A DNA stretch of 64,000 bases. Origin: Burkholderiales bacterium. GTDB lineage: Bacteria > Pseudomonadota > Gammaproteobacteria > Burkholderiales > SG8-39. Position 1 is the first letter of the stretch; every line of letters begins with the position of its first letter. The notes beneath the pieces are model-generated. The model saw nothing but the letters and a program-made list of their open reading frames with translations, made no database searches and was not told the origin of the DNA. The stretch spans positions 4,513 to 68,512 of the forward strand of contig DASXAO010000047.1 of assembly GCA_036406675.1 (NCBI GenBank), written 5' to 3'. Below, in pieces: positions 1 to 8,774 of the stretch. Both the position numbers and the translations under genes were made by a program.

Positions 1-1571
1 TGCTGCGCGAGCGCCCGCAGCTGGTGCTGCTCGACATCAACATGCCGGGGATGAGCGGCCTGCAGATCATGCAGGCGATGCGTGCCGACCCTTCGCTACA
101 GCACATCCCCGTGATCGTGCTGACGGGGGTCAACGATCCCGAGACCAAGCTCAAGGCCCTCGCTCTGGGGGCGAACGATTTCCTGGGCAAGCCGGTCGAC
201 GAAAGCGAGCTCGTGCTGAGGCTGCGCAACACGCTGGCGGCGAAGGCCTACCAGGACTACCTCGCCTACTACGACCGCGTGACGGGCCTCGCCAACCGCT
301 ACCGCTTCATGAGCGAGCTGGACCGGGCGGTGCGCGAGGCGTACGCCGAGGGCCGCATGGGCGCGGTGCTGGAATTCGACCTGGATCGCTTCAAGCAGAT
401 CAACGAGGCGCTCGGACCCGCGACCGGCGACCAGGTGATCAAGGAAGCCGGCAGGCGCATCCGGCGCGCCATGCACAGCTTCATCCGTGCCGACGAGGCG
501 ACGCTGCAGCAAGCTCTGGGCGCCCGCTTCGGCGGCGACGAATTCTCGGTGCTGCTGCCCAGCGTTTCCAACGTCGAGCAGGCCTCGCGCGTGGTGGAGT
601 CCGTCCTGCAAGCGCTCGCCGGTCCCTACCAGGTCGACGCGAAGGAGCTGCATCTCACGGCGAGCGCGGGCGTCGCGCTGTTCCCGGCCGACGGCGTCGC
701 GATCGACGAGGTAGTCAGGAACGCCGAGGCGGCGCTGCGCCAGGCCAAGCACGCCGGGGGCAACGGCTATCGCTTCTATTCCAAGGAGTTCAACGACAAG
801 GCCGCGGCTCGCCTGAGCATCGAAAGCCAGCTGCGCAAGGCGATCGAGCGCGGCGAGCTCGAGCTCTTCTACCAGCCGAAGCTGCGCGTCGAGACCCGCA
901 CGATCTGCGGCGCCGAAGCGCTGCTTCGCTGGCGCCATCCGCAGCGCGGGATCGTTCCGCCGAGCGAATTCGTATCCGTGGCCGAGGAGTCCGGGCTGAT
1001 CGCCTCCCTCGGGGAGTGGGCGCTGCATGCAGCCTGCCGCCAGCTCCTCGAATGGGATGCGGCCGGGCTGAAGCGGGTGCCGATCTCGGTCAACCTGTCG
1101 CCGCGGCAGTTCCAGCCGCAGCTGCCCGCGATCGTGCAGCAGGCGATCGGCGTGACCGGGCAGGCGGAATACCTGCGCCTGGAAGTCACCGAGAGCTCGG
1201 TGATGGCCGATCCGCACAAGGCGATCACGCTGCTGCGGGAGCTGAAGGCGCTGGGCATGAAGCTCTCGCTCGACGACTTCGGCACCGGCTATTCGTCGTT
1301 GAGCTATCTGCAGAAGCTGCCGCTGGACGAGATCAAGATCGACCGGTCGTTCCTTTCGGGCATCAGCGCCGAAGGAGGCGACGCGGTGCTGGTGGACATC
1401 ATCATCGCCATGGCCCATGGCCTGGGGCTGACGGTCGTCGCCGAAGGCGTCGAGAGCGAGACGCAGCTCGAATACCTGCGCAAGCGAGGCTGCGACGAGT
1501 GCCAGGGCTTCCTCTTCAGCCAGCCGCTCCGCGCCGCCGAGTTCGCGGCCGGCTTCCTCGTGCGTGCCTAG
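1..1571 (+). CDS. Receiver (REC)-GGDEF-EAL c-di-GMP signalling protein, 5' end cut by window edge
   Basis: The frame of ORF 24..1571 stays open to the window start (..LVLLDINMPGMSG.. receiver motif). Downstream motifs are RFGGDEFSVLL (GGDEF), then EALLRWRHP, DDFGTGYSSL, EGVE and QGF (EAL blocks). Confidence 0.9.
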   Translation, partial: LRERPQLVLLDINMPGMSGLQIMQAMRADPSLQHIPVIVLTGVNDPETKLKALALGANDFLGKPVDESELVLRLRNTLAAKAYQDYLAYYDRVTGLANRYRFMSELDRAVREAYAEGRMGAVLEFDLDRFKQINEALGPATGDQVIKEAGRRIRRAMHSFIRADEATLQQALGARFGGDEFSVLLPSVSNVEQASRVVESVLQALAGPYQVDAKELHLTASAGVALFPADGVAIDEVVRNAEAALRQAKHAGGNGYRFYSKEFNDKAAARLSIESQLRKAIERGELELFYQPKLRVETRTICGAEALLRWRHPQRGIVPPSEFVSVAEESGLIASLGEWALHAACRQLLEWDAAGLKRVPISVNLSPRQFQPQLPAIVQQAIGVTGQAEYLRLEVTESSVMADPHKAITLLRELKALGMKLSLDDFGTGYSSLSYLQKLPLDEIKIDRSFLSGISAEGGDAVLVDIIIAMAHGLGLTVVAEGVESETQLEYLRKRGCDECQGFLFSQPLRAAEFAAGFLVRA

Positions 1572-2374
1572 CCGCCCTCGGCGAAGCCGGGATAAAGGGT
1601 CATGCCGCCGTCGACGAACAGCGTCGCGCCGACCACGTAGTCCGACTCATCCGACGCGAGCCATACCGCGGCGCGCGCGATGTCCTCGGGCTCGCCGATG
1701 CGGCGGTAGGGAACCAGCTCCATCAGCTTCGAGTAGGCCTGCGGCGTTTCCCAGGCGGGGGTGTTGATGGGCGTGCGGATCGCGCCGGGCGCGATGCTGT
1801 TCACGCGGATGCGCTCCGGCGCCACCTCCTGCGCCAGGCTCTTCATCATCAGGCGCACGCCGCCCTTCGACGCGGCGTAGGCCGCGTGGCCGGCCCACGG
1901 AATCACCTCGTGCACCGAGCTGATGCAGACGATCTTGCCGGCGGCGTGGGAAACGGCCGGAACCACGCCGCGGCGCCTGAATTCGCGCACCGCCTCGCGG
2001 GCGCAGAGGAACTGGCCGGTCAGGTTCACCGCCATGACCGCGCTCCAGTCCGCGAGGGTCATCTCATGGAACCGCGCGCCGCGCTGGATACCCGCGTTGT
2101 TGACGAGGATGTCGAGGGTGCCGAGCTCGTCGAGCGCGCGCCGGAACATCGCCCGCACCTCGTCCTCGCTCGAGATGTCGGCGCGATGCAAAAGCGCCTT
2201 GGCGCCGGACCGGCGAATCTCCGCCGCGGCCGCCTCGGCCTGGTCCTGCCGCGCTATGTAGTTCAGGACGACGTCGGCGCCCGCCTTGCCTAGAGCGAGG
2301 GCCGTAGCGAGACCGATGCCGGAACTTGCCCCGGTGACCAGCGCTTTCTGTCCTGCGAGGAGTGGCCGAGCCAT
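1568..2374 (-). CDS. Classical short-chain dehydrogenase/reductase (glucose-1-dehydrogenase-like)
   Basis: Last 268 codons of ORF 1568..2845, with ATG at 2374. Motifs: ALVTGASSGIGLA (TGxxxGxG), NNAG, S...YAASK catalytic set, PGAIRT. The upstream part of the ORF is antisense to the PRC-barrel gene. Confidence 0.85.
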   Translation of the reverse strand: MARPLLAGQKALVTGASSGIGLATALALGKAGADVVLNYIARQDQAEAAAAEIRRSGAKALLHRADISSEDEVRAMFRRALDELGTLDILVNNAGIQRGARFHEMTLADWSAVMAVNLTGQFLCAREAVREFRRRGVVPAVSHAAGKIVCISSVHEVIPWAGHAAYAASKGGVRLMMKSLAQEVAPERIRVNSIAPGAIRTPINTPAWETPQAYSKLMELVPYRRIGEPEDIARAAVWLASDESDYVVGATLFVDGGMTLYPGFAEGG

Positions 2375-2464
2375 ACCTTTCCGAATGCTGTCGCGCAAGC
2401 GCCGTGCCGGCGTCAGGAATGCAGCTTGCCTCATGTCCGGGATGAAGCACGGGAAGCCACGGAA

Positions 2465-3028
2465 ATGCTGCGCAGCGTGACGGCCTTGCGCGGGGACGTG
2501 ATCCTCGCCCGCGACGGCGACATGGGGCTGGTCGTCGACGTTTACTTCGACGACGAGCGCTGGAGCGTGCGCTACCTCGTGGTGGACACCGGGCACGTGA
2601 TGCCCGAGCACCGGGTGCTGATCGCACCGGGCGCGGTGGTGCAGGGCCAGCCGTCCGACAGGCTGATTCGACTGCGCCTCACGCGCCACGAGGTCGAACG
2701 CAGCCCGGACGTTAGAACGGACCTGCCGGTAGCCATGCAGTTCGACCTGACACGGCAGCGCCGCGCCGCGGCCGACCCGCACCTGCGCAGCAGCGAGCTC
2801 GTCATCGGCTACCAGGTCCAGGCGCTCGACGGGCCGGCCGGCCACCTCAGGGACTTCGTGTTCGACGACGCCACCTGGTCGGTCGAGCGCCTGGTGGTCG
2901 ACACCGGCCGCTGGTTCGGCTCGCGCGTGCTGCTCGCGCCCGCGTCGGTCAGGAGCATCGACTGGCCGTGGCGCAGGGTGAACGTCGGGCTCGATCGCGA
3001 AGCGGTGCGGCAGTCGACGCGGGCGTGA
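2465..3028 (+). CDS. Tandem PRC-barrel domain protein
   Basis: Two repeats of the PRC-barrel pattern: GDVILARDGDMGLVVDVYFDDERWSVRYLVVDTG and GYQVQALDGPAGHLRDFVFDDATWSVERLVVDTG. The ATG at 2465 is preferred over the ORF-track start at 2426. Confidence 0.7.
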   Translation: MLRSVTALRGDVILARDGDMGLVVDVYFDDERWSVRYLVVDTGHVMPEHRVLIAPGAVVQGQPSDRLIRLRLTRHEVERSPDVRTDLPVAMQFDLTRQRRAAADPHLRSSELVIGYQVQALDGPAGHLRDFVFDDATWSVERLVVDTGRWFGSRVLLAPASVRSIDWPWRRVNVGLDREAVRQSTRA

Positions 3029-3182
3029 GCCGGGCCGAACCTTAAAGGGCGCTTAAGGGAAGAGGAGGGTTTAAGTCATCAGTCAGCTACCCTTTCTACG
3101 ATGAAACGCATCAAGATCTTCCTTGCTTTTGGAGGCAGAGATGCGCGCACTTGCAAGCAGCAAGCCCTCTTCGCGGGGCGTC

Positions 3183-3371
3183 ATGGCGTTCAGGATCCAG
3201 AAATACCTGAGCGGCCTGCGTTACCCCGCGCTCAAGCCGCAAATCGTCGACCGGGCGCGCGAGCTCGGCGCGGACCCGCATGTCCTCCACGCGCTGCTTT
3301 GCCTTCCGGACCGCGCCTACGAAAGTCCGGTCGTGCTGTCGTCCGAGGTGGGTCGCCAGTCCGGCCGGTGA
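3183..3371 (+). CDS. DUF2795-family small protein
   Basis: MAFRIQKYLSGLRYPALKPQIVDRARELGADPHVLHALLCLPDRAYESP matches the DUF2795 pattern (QKYLkGv.YPa.K..L...A...GA...vl..l..lpd..Y.sP). ATG at 3183 lies inside ORF 3123..3371. Confidence 0.65.
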   Translation: MAFRIQKYLSGLRYPALKPQIVDRARELGADPHVLHALLCLPDRAYESPVVLSSEVGRQSGR

Positions 3372-3763
3372 AGGGCCTGATCGATCTCTGGTGCCGCACG
3401 GTGCTCGCTTGCGCGCTGACCGCCGCGTGCGCAGGCGGTGACCCGCCGGCAACGGCGCAGGAGCCGCAAGCCGCTCGCGACAGCGTTGTTCCGGGCACGA
3501 TCGGCGTGTTCGTCGCGCCCGCTTCCGCAGGCGTCGTCGTTGCGGCCGTGGCCGCGGACGGCCCCGCGCAACAAGCGGGCATGCGCGTGGGCGACGTGGT
3601 GCGAAGCTACGACGGGGTAGCGGTGGTCAATACGCGCCAGTTCTACCGCCTGATGCTGGAGAGCCCGCCGGGCCGGAGGGTGCAGATGGAGCTCCTTCGT
3701 GACGGCGCCGTGTTGCGCGTCGACGTGCCGGTCGAAGAGACCGACACGGCCCCGCGAGGCTAG
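3368..3763 (+). CDS. PDZ-domain lipoprotein
   Basis: In-frame GTG at 3368 (GTGA overlap with the DUF2795 stop) gives VKGLIDLWCRTVLACALTAAC with a lipobox-like LTAAC. The C-terminus carries a PDZ pattern (GVVVAAVAADGPAQQAGMRVGDVVRSYDG..V). The first ~90 codons of ORF 3101..3763 overlap the DUF2795 gene and are rejected. Confidence 0.6.
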   Translation: MKGLIDLWCRTVLACALTAACAGGDPPATAQEPQAARDSVVPGTIGVFVAPASAGVVVAAVAADGPAQQAGMRVGDVVRSYDGVAVVNTRQFYRLMLESPPGRRVQMELLRDGAVLRVDVPVEETDTAPRG

Positions 3764-4494
3764 GCGAGCTTCTTCGCCGGCCGGTCGAGCTCCTGGAGCA
3801 GGTTCTCCGGCTTCACCGGCTTGACGAGATGCAGATGGAAGCCGGCTTCTTTGGAGCGGCGCTTGTCCTGCTCGCCGCCGTACGCGGTCACCGCGATCAG
3901 CCTGGCCTGGGACGTCGCCGGGTCGGTCCGGAGCGCCGCGGCGAGCTCGTAGCCGTCGGTATCGGGCAAGCCGATGTCGCAGAGCACGATGTCGGGGCGC
4001 GTCCTTTGCGCCGCCTCCAGCCCTTCGCGACCGCTGTACGCGAGCGTGACCTTGTATCCGCAGAGCTCGAGCAGCCTGCGCAGGCTCTGGGCCGAGTCGT
4101 GGTCGTCCTCCACCACCAGGATGCGCAGGTCCTTGCGCGCTTCGAGCGCCGGAAGCTCGGGCTTCGACGGCGGCCTCGCCTGGAGGTGCTGCAGGCGGCC
4201 GCGCAAATTGGAGAGCGCGTTGAAGATCTGGAACTTCAGCGCGTCGACGCCGCGCAGCGGTCCCGCTTCCATGCCCACGTGGCCGTCGGAATAGAAGAGC
4301 AGCCTTGCGGTGTGCTCGATGGTGCGGATCATGACCCGCGCCTCAAGGTCGTTCACCGCCTCGACGGCGCGCTTGCACAGGTTCGTGACGTGCTCGAGCG
4401 TCTGCGGGTCGTTGCGCCCGCCCGGCGCCGCCACCACGGTATGCATCAGCGCAGCGTAAAGAGTGAGAGCTTCGTCCAGCTCGCGTCTTGGCAT
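3760..4494 (-). CDS. Response regulator: unknown ~115-aa N-terminal domain plus C-terminal receiver domain
   Basis: ILVVEDDHDSAQSL, DIVLCDIGLPDTDG, LIAVTAYG and HLVKP are CheY-like receiver motifs in the C-terminal half. I recognise no DNA-binding or enzymatic output domain. Confidence 0.8.
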   Translation of the reverse strand: MPRRELDEALTLYAALMHTVVAAPGGRNDPQTLEHVTNLCKRAVEAVNDLEARVMIRTIEHTARLLFYSDGHVGMEAGPLRGVDALKFQIFNALSNLRGRLQHLQARPPSKPELPALEARKDLRILVVEDDHDSAQSLRRLLELCGYKVTLAYSGREGLEAAQRTRPDIVLCDIGLPDTDGYELAAALRTDPATSQARLIAVTAYGGEQDKRRSKEAGFHLHLVKPVKPENLLQELDRPAKKLA

Positions 4495-4584
4495 GTTATG
4501 GACAACCCTGCCATTGAGTAAACGCCCGATCTTACGCTGCGGCTGCGGCAGCTCGCGTCGGGCAAACGGTGATTTGCAGTGTAG

Positions 4585-5103
4585 TTGAATGGACTACGTT
4601 ATGCGCTTGCAATGCCCCAGAGGGGGGCACATAGTTCCATCATGCTAGGCGAGAGCGCGGGACTTGCGCACTCCTTGCTGCCGCTCTCGATTGCGGTGGA
4701 GTCGGTCGAGCGCGCGCTTCGTGGCAATCACCGATCGCGCCATGCCATCGGCGCCTTCATCGTGTCCACGGTTCCCGTGTACGAGTACTTCGCGAATCCT
4801 GGCAGGCTCCCGCGCGCGCTGTTGCGGCGCGAGCTCGAAAACAGCCTTCTGGGCGAAGACCTGGAATTGCTGTTCCTGGACGGCCGGCCGACGAAGCGGC
4901 AGTTGGCCGTCAACGCCGACGATGTCGCGTGTGTCGCAGCGATGCTTGGCAATCCGGCAAAAGCGGGCGTGATTCACAGCAGGCGGGTGCGGTTTCGCTC
5001 ACGCGAGCTGGTCAACCGGGCGAAGCTCCTGGGAAGCCGCTCCCGGCTGCTTGCCGCGACTGCGCAGGCGATTCTCGGCGGGCAATATGAATCCGGACAT
5101 TGA
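4585..5103 (+). CDS. Hypothetical protein (start uncertain: TTG 4585 or ATG 4642)
   Basis: 172-codon ORF with GC3-rich codons and no motif I recognise. It is preceded by a lower-G+C leader (4495-4640). Confidence 0.4.
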   Translation: MNGLRYALAMPQRGAHSSIMLGESAGLAHSLLPLSIAVESVERALRGNHRSRHAIGAFIVSTVPVYEYFANPGRLPRALLRRELENSLLGEDLELLFLDGRPTKRQLAVNADDVACVAAMLGNPAKAGVIHSRRVRFRSRELVNRAKLLGSRSRLLAATAQAILGGQYESGH

Positions 5104-5272
5104 CCGCGACGCGAGCCGCACCCGGCAGCGGCGCGTCGACGATCTCTTGCGGGCCTCCGAGAACGCGCGGGCGCGCGCAGAGGGCCTGCGCGCCGCGGTT
5201 CAGCAGCGAATCGAAGTTTCCGAAGCGCTCATGCGGATCAGCAGGCGATTCTTCGCGGGCGATTCCGGCTAG
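5087..5272 (+). CDS. Small hypothetical protein (61 aa, predicted helical, Arg/Ala-rich)
   Basis: ATG at 5087 inside ORF 5051..5272. It overlaps the preceding ORF end by 17 nt. No recognisable motif. Confidence 0.3.
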   Translation: MNPDIDRDASRTRQRRVDDLLRASENARARAEGLRAAVQQRIEVSEALMRISRRFFAGDSG

Positions 5273-5308
5273 CACCCGCCCCTCGCGGGGCGGGGCGAAG
5301 CAACGCGG

Positions 5309-5713
5309 TCAGGGCTGCGGGATGCGGCGGATGTAGCCCTCGCGGGTCAGCTCGACCCGGTCGCCGACCTGAAGACCGGCGGACGGAGTATCGAGGAGCT
5401 GCGAGGTGCCGTCGTCCATCCGGACGTTGAGGCGGTTCATCGCCGAGGGCGCCGAGCTGCCGCTCGAGGCGGTCGCTGCCACCGGGGACATGCTCTCGAT
5501 CTTGCCGAAGCCCGGCCGCAACTGGGCGGCGGCCGAAGCCACCGGCACGGACTGCGCGGGAGCCGCCGAGGTCGACCCGGGCGACGTGACGACGTTAGTA
5601 GAAGGTGCAGGCGAGGGTGGGACGACTACTATGGGCGCGGGTTCCCTGTGCGCGCACGCGCCCAGCAAGGCCACTGCGACGACGGATAAAGGAAGAATCA
5701 AGAACTTGCTCAT
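5309..5713 (-). CDS. Small lipoprotein, paralog of 17180..17539
   Basis: MSKFLILPLSVVAVALLGAC signal peptide plus lipobox, a Pro/Ala/Ser-rich linker, and a C-terminal block ..MDDGTSQLL....LQVGDRVELTREGYIRRI shared with the second copy. Confidence 0.7.
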   Translation of the reverse strand: MSKFLILPLSVVAVALLGACAHREPAPIVVVPPSPAPSTNVVTSPGSTSAAPAQSVPVASAAAQLRPGFGKIESMSPVAATASSGSSAPSAMNRLNVRMDDGTSQLLDTPSAGLQVGDRVELTREGYIRRIPQP

Positions 5714-5805
5714 TGCTAGCCTCCTTGGTTGGATCTTTACGCAAGAGGAGTAGCAATCTGCGTTCCTCTCCGGCGGGGCCCGGGGACGCTAGAATCGGCC
5801 GCATC

Positions 5806-6471
5806 TTGGCAACCGCTCGAGCGCTTTCGGCCGCGCTGCTCGCGCTGTGCGCGTTCGCAGCGCGCGCGGACACCATGGACCAGGACCTCATCGTTGCCGC
5901 GGGGAAGGGCGACCTCGCGCGGATTGCGGCGCTCCTGAAAAAGGGCGCCGACGTCAATGCCCGCGACGCGCAGGGCCGCACGCCGGTCATGGCGGCGACC
6001 TACGCCCGCCACGCAGCCGCGGTCGAAGCGCTCATCCGCGCGGGCGCGGACGTCAACGCGCGCGACGGGATGCTGAACAATCCATTTCTCTATGCCGGCG
6101 CCGAAGGCATGCTGGACATCCTCAAGCTCGCCGCCGCGGCCGGCGCCGACCCGCGCCTCACCAACCGCTATGGCGGCACCGCGCTGATTCCGGCCGCGGA
6201 GCGCGGTCACGTGGAGGTGGTGGACTGGCTGCTGGCCAACACCAAGGTCGAGGTCAACCACGTGAACCGGCTGGGATGGACAGCGCTGCTCGAGGCGATC
6301 GTGCTTTCCGACGGCGGGCCGAGGCACCAGCGGATCGTCGCCTCGCTCATCCGCCACGGCGCCGATGTCAACATCGCCGACCACGAAGGACGCACGCCGC
6401 TCCACCATGCGCGGCAGCGCGGCCATGCGCAGCTCGCCGCCCTGCTCGAGGCCGCCGGCGCGCGTCCCTAG
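5806..6471 (+). CDS. Ankyrin-repeat protein with putative signal peptide
   Basis: At least four ANK repeats (GRTPVMAATYARHAAAVEALIRAGADVNARD ... GRTPLHHARQRGHAQLAALLEAAGA). In-frame TTG at 5806 gives (M)ATARALSAALLALCAFAARA/DT. The start is uncertain; the alternative is ATG 5875. Confidence 0.75.
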   Translation: MATARALSAALLALCAFAARADTMDQDLIVAAGKGDLARIAALLKKGADVNARDAQGRTPVMAATYARHAAAVEALIRAGADVNARDGMLNNPFLYAGAEGMLDILKLAAAAGADPRLTNRYGGTALIPAAERGHVEVVDWLLANTKVEVNHVNRLGWTALLEAIVLSDGGPRHQRIVASLIRHGADVNIADHEGRTPLHHARQRGHAQLAALLEAAGARP

Positions 6472-6525
6472 CTTGCAACCTCAGCAAGGCGGGATTAACG
6501 GATACGCCGGCGCGTTTTCCTTATT

Positions 6526-8061
6526 GTGGCTAGCCCCATGGTGACGCCCCGCCTGAAGGTGCTGCTCGTGCTGGGCCACCCGCGCAAGGCCAGCCTGTGC
6601 GGGGCGCTCGCGGAAGCGTTCGCGGCCGGCGCGCGGCAGGCCGGAGTCGACCTGCGGCGGCTGGATCTTTGCGACCTGGAGTTCAATCGCGACGTGATCG
6701 CCGGCTCGCCGCGCAACCAGCTGCTCGAGCCCGCCATCCGCCAGGCCGTCGATCTGGTCCGCTGGGCCGACCACCTCGTGTTCGTGTTTCCGACCTGGTG
6801 GGGCACGATGCCCGCGCTGATGAAGGGCTTTCTCGACCGGGTGCTGCTGCCGGGCTTTGCGTTCGAAGAGCACGCGGAGGGGTCCGGCTGGGACAAGCTC
6901 CTGACCGGAAGATCGGCGCATCTCCTCACCACGATGGATACGCCGAAGTGGGTGTATCGCTGGATCTACAAGGCGCCGGGTCTGAACAGCCTCGCCCGCG
7001 CCACGCTCGGTTTTTGCGGCATCGAGCCGGTGCGCACGACGATCTTCGGCGTGGTGAAGGACTCGGATGCCGCCGCGCGGGCGCGCTGGCTCCAGGAGGC
7101 CCGCGCGCATGGCCTGCGTTTGCGCGACGGCGTGCTCACTGCCGCGGAACGCCGGCGCAGGGCGCTCGGCGCCTGGGTTGCCGCGATGCGGCTCCAGTTC
7201 CATCCGATGGCCTGGGGTGCGTACGCGATCGGCGCCGCCGGCGCCGTGCAGGCGACCGGAACCTTTGACGCCGCGGCGTTCTGGCTGGGCCTCGTCAGCC
7301 TCTTTCTGCTCGAAGTGATCACCGTGTTCACCAACGACTACTTCGATATCGAAAGCGACCGCCGCAACCGGAACTTCGGCCCGTTCACGGGCGGATCGCG
7401 CGTGCTGGTCGACGGCCGCATCACCCCGGCGCGCATGAGATCGGGCATCGCGTGGGCGATGGGCGGGTTCGTCGCCGCCTTCCTCGCGCTCGCCGCGATG
7501 GTGCCCGCGCCGGGGCTGATCGTGCTCGGCCTGATCGCCATCCTCGCCGTCGGCTACACGACGCCGCCGTTGAAGCTCTGCTGGCGCGGGCTCGGCGAGG
7601 TCGACGTCGCCCTGACCCACAGCACCGTCATCATCCTGTGCGGATTCCTGTTTCAGGGCGGCGCCTGGAACGCGTCGTTTCCCGGGCTCGTCAGCGCGCC
7701 GCTCTTTCTCGCGGTGCTTCCGGCGATCATCCTGTCCGGAATACCGGATTACGCGGCGGACCTGGCGGCGGGAAAGCGCTCGCTCGCCGTGGTGGTGGGA
7801 CCGCGCGCGGCGGTCCGGATCGCGCAGGCGGCGGCGATCCTGGCAGCGGTCACGGCGCTGGTCTGGGCGCAGCGCGACGTGGCGGAGTCTTCCTTCGACG
7901 GCATCGGCCTCGCCGTCGTGCCGCACGCGCTCGCGCTCACCTGGCTTCTCGAGCGTCATTTGAGAAGCGCCCGGCCCGGCGGGAGAATCGACGGCCTGAT
8001 GGCCCTCGCGCTTCTCTACATCGTCTGGTTCGTGGCCGTGCCGCTCTACCGCCTCACTTGA
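6526..8061 (+). CDS. Fusion protein: flavodoxin-like NAD(P)H dehydrogenase (quinone) domain + UbiA-family (MenA-like) polyprenyltransferase domain
   Basis: N-terminal ~190 aa: KVLLVLGHPRKASLCGAL..., FVFPTWWGTMPALMKGFLDRV (Flavodoxin_2 / KefF-MdaB-like). C-terminal ~300 aa is polytopic, with NDYFDIESDRRN (NDxxDxxxD) and DYAADLAAGKRSL (DxxxD..GK) UbiA motifs. Start is GTG 6526 or ATG 6538. Confidence 0.8.
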   Translation: MASPMVTPRLKVLLVLGHPRKASLCGALAEAFAAGARQAGVDLRRLDLCDLEFNRDVIAGSPRNQLLEPAIRQAVDLVRWADHLVFVFPTWWGTMPALMKGFLDRVLLPGFAFEEHAEGSGWDKLLTGRSAHLLTTMDTPKWVYRWIYKAPGLNSLARATLGFCGIEPVRTTIFGVVKDSDAAARARWLQEARAHGLRLRDGVLTAAERRRRALGAWVAAMRLQFHPMAWGAYAIGAAGAVQATGTFDAAAFWLGLVSLFLLEVITVFTNDYFDIESDRRNRNFGPFTGGSRVLVDGRITPARMRSGIAWAMGGFVAAFLALAAMVPAPGLIVLGLIAILAVGYTTPPLKLCWRGLGEVDVALTHSTVIILCGFLFQGGAWNASFPGLVSAPLFLAVLPAIILSGIPDYAADLAAGKRSLAVVVGPRAAVRIAQAAAILAAVTALVWAQRDVAESSFDGIGLAVVPHALALTWLLERHLRSARPGGRIDGLMALALLYIVWFVAVPLYRLT

Positions 8062-8771
8062 TGCGCGGGGACAAGACGCACTCGGTCCGCGCGCTGGAGC
8101 GCGTCTACCGGACCGGGTCCGACGAGGTCCGCGCCTTGCGCGGCGTCGACCTGGACTTGTGCTCGGGCGAGATCGTCGCGCTCCTCGGCCCCTCGGGCAG
8201 CGGCAAGTCGACGCTGCTCAACCTGCTCGGCGGCCTCGACCGACCCGACGCCGGCGAGATCCGGTTCCGCGGCGAAGAACTGTCGCGCTTCGACGATCGC
8301 GCGCTCGCGCGCTATCGGCGCCGCCACGTCGGCTTCGTGTTCCAGGCCTACAACCTGATCCCCAGCCTGACCGCGCGGGAGAACGTCGAGCTCGCGTGCG
8401 ACGGCGCCGAGCGCCCGATCGCCGCCGCCGACGCGCTCGGGCTCGTGGGCCTGAGCGCGCGGATGGACCACTTTCCGGGGCAGCTCTCCGGCGGCGAGCA
8501 GCAGCGCGCCGCGGTCGCGCGCGCGATCGCGAAGCGGCCCGAGCTCCTGCTGTGCGACGAGCCGACGGGCGCGGTCGAGCGCCAGGCGGGCGTGCAGGTC
8601 CTCGAGGTGATCGAGCGCTGCAGCCTCGAGCTGGGCGCGGCGACCGTGCTCGTCACGCACAACGTCGCGCTCGCGGCCATGGCCGACCGGGTGCTGTGCC
8701 TCGCCGACGGAAGGATTGCAGAAGCCCGGCGCAACGCGCCGCGCCGCAATGCGGCGGACCTCTCCTGGTAG
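8061..8771 (+). CDS. ABC transporter ATP-binding protein (MacB/LolD-type)
   Basis: ATG at 8061 overlaps the upstream TGA (TGATG). Motifs: GPSGSGKST Walker [12 protein letters not shown]-loop, LSGGEQQR signature, [10 protein letters not shown] Walker B, THN H-loop. The D-loop reads GAVE instead of the usual GALD. Confidence 0.85.
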   Translation: MRGDKTHSVRALERVYRTGSDEVRALRGVDLDLCSGEIVALLGPSGSGKSTLLNLLGGLDRPDAGEIRFRGEELSRFDDRALARYRRRHVGFVFQAYNLIPSLTARENVELACDGAERPIAAADALGLVGLSARMDHFPGQLSGGEQQRAAVARAIAKRPELLLCDEPTGAVERQAGVQVLEVIERCSLELGAATVLVTHNVALAAMADRVLCLADGRIAEARRNAPRRNAADLSW

Positions 8772-8774
8772 CGG

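Noticed and set aside
96-1418. 440-aa antisense ORF opposite the REC-GGDEF-EAL gene.
   Set aside because: Arg/Ala/Gly/Leu-rich translation with no motifs. The plus strand encodes a clear multi-domain protein. This is a typical high-G+C shadow ORF.
3041-3080. Repeated CTTAA(A)GGG motifs upstream of the DUF2795 gene (possible stress promoter or operator).
   Set aside because: Only a loose repeat with no clean dyad or match to a consensus I can name. It is too weak to call.
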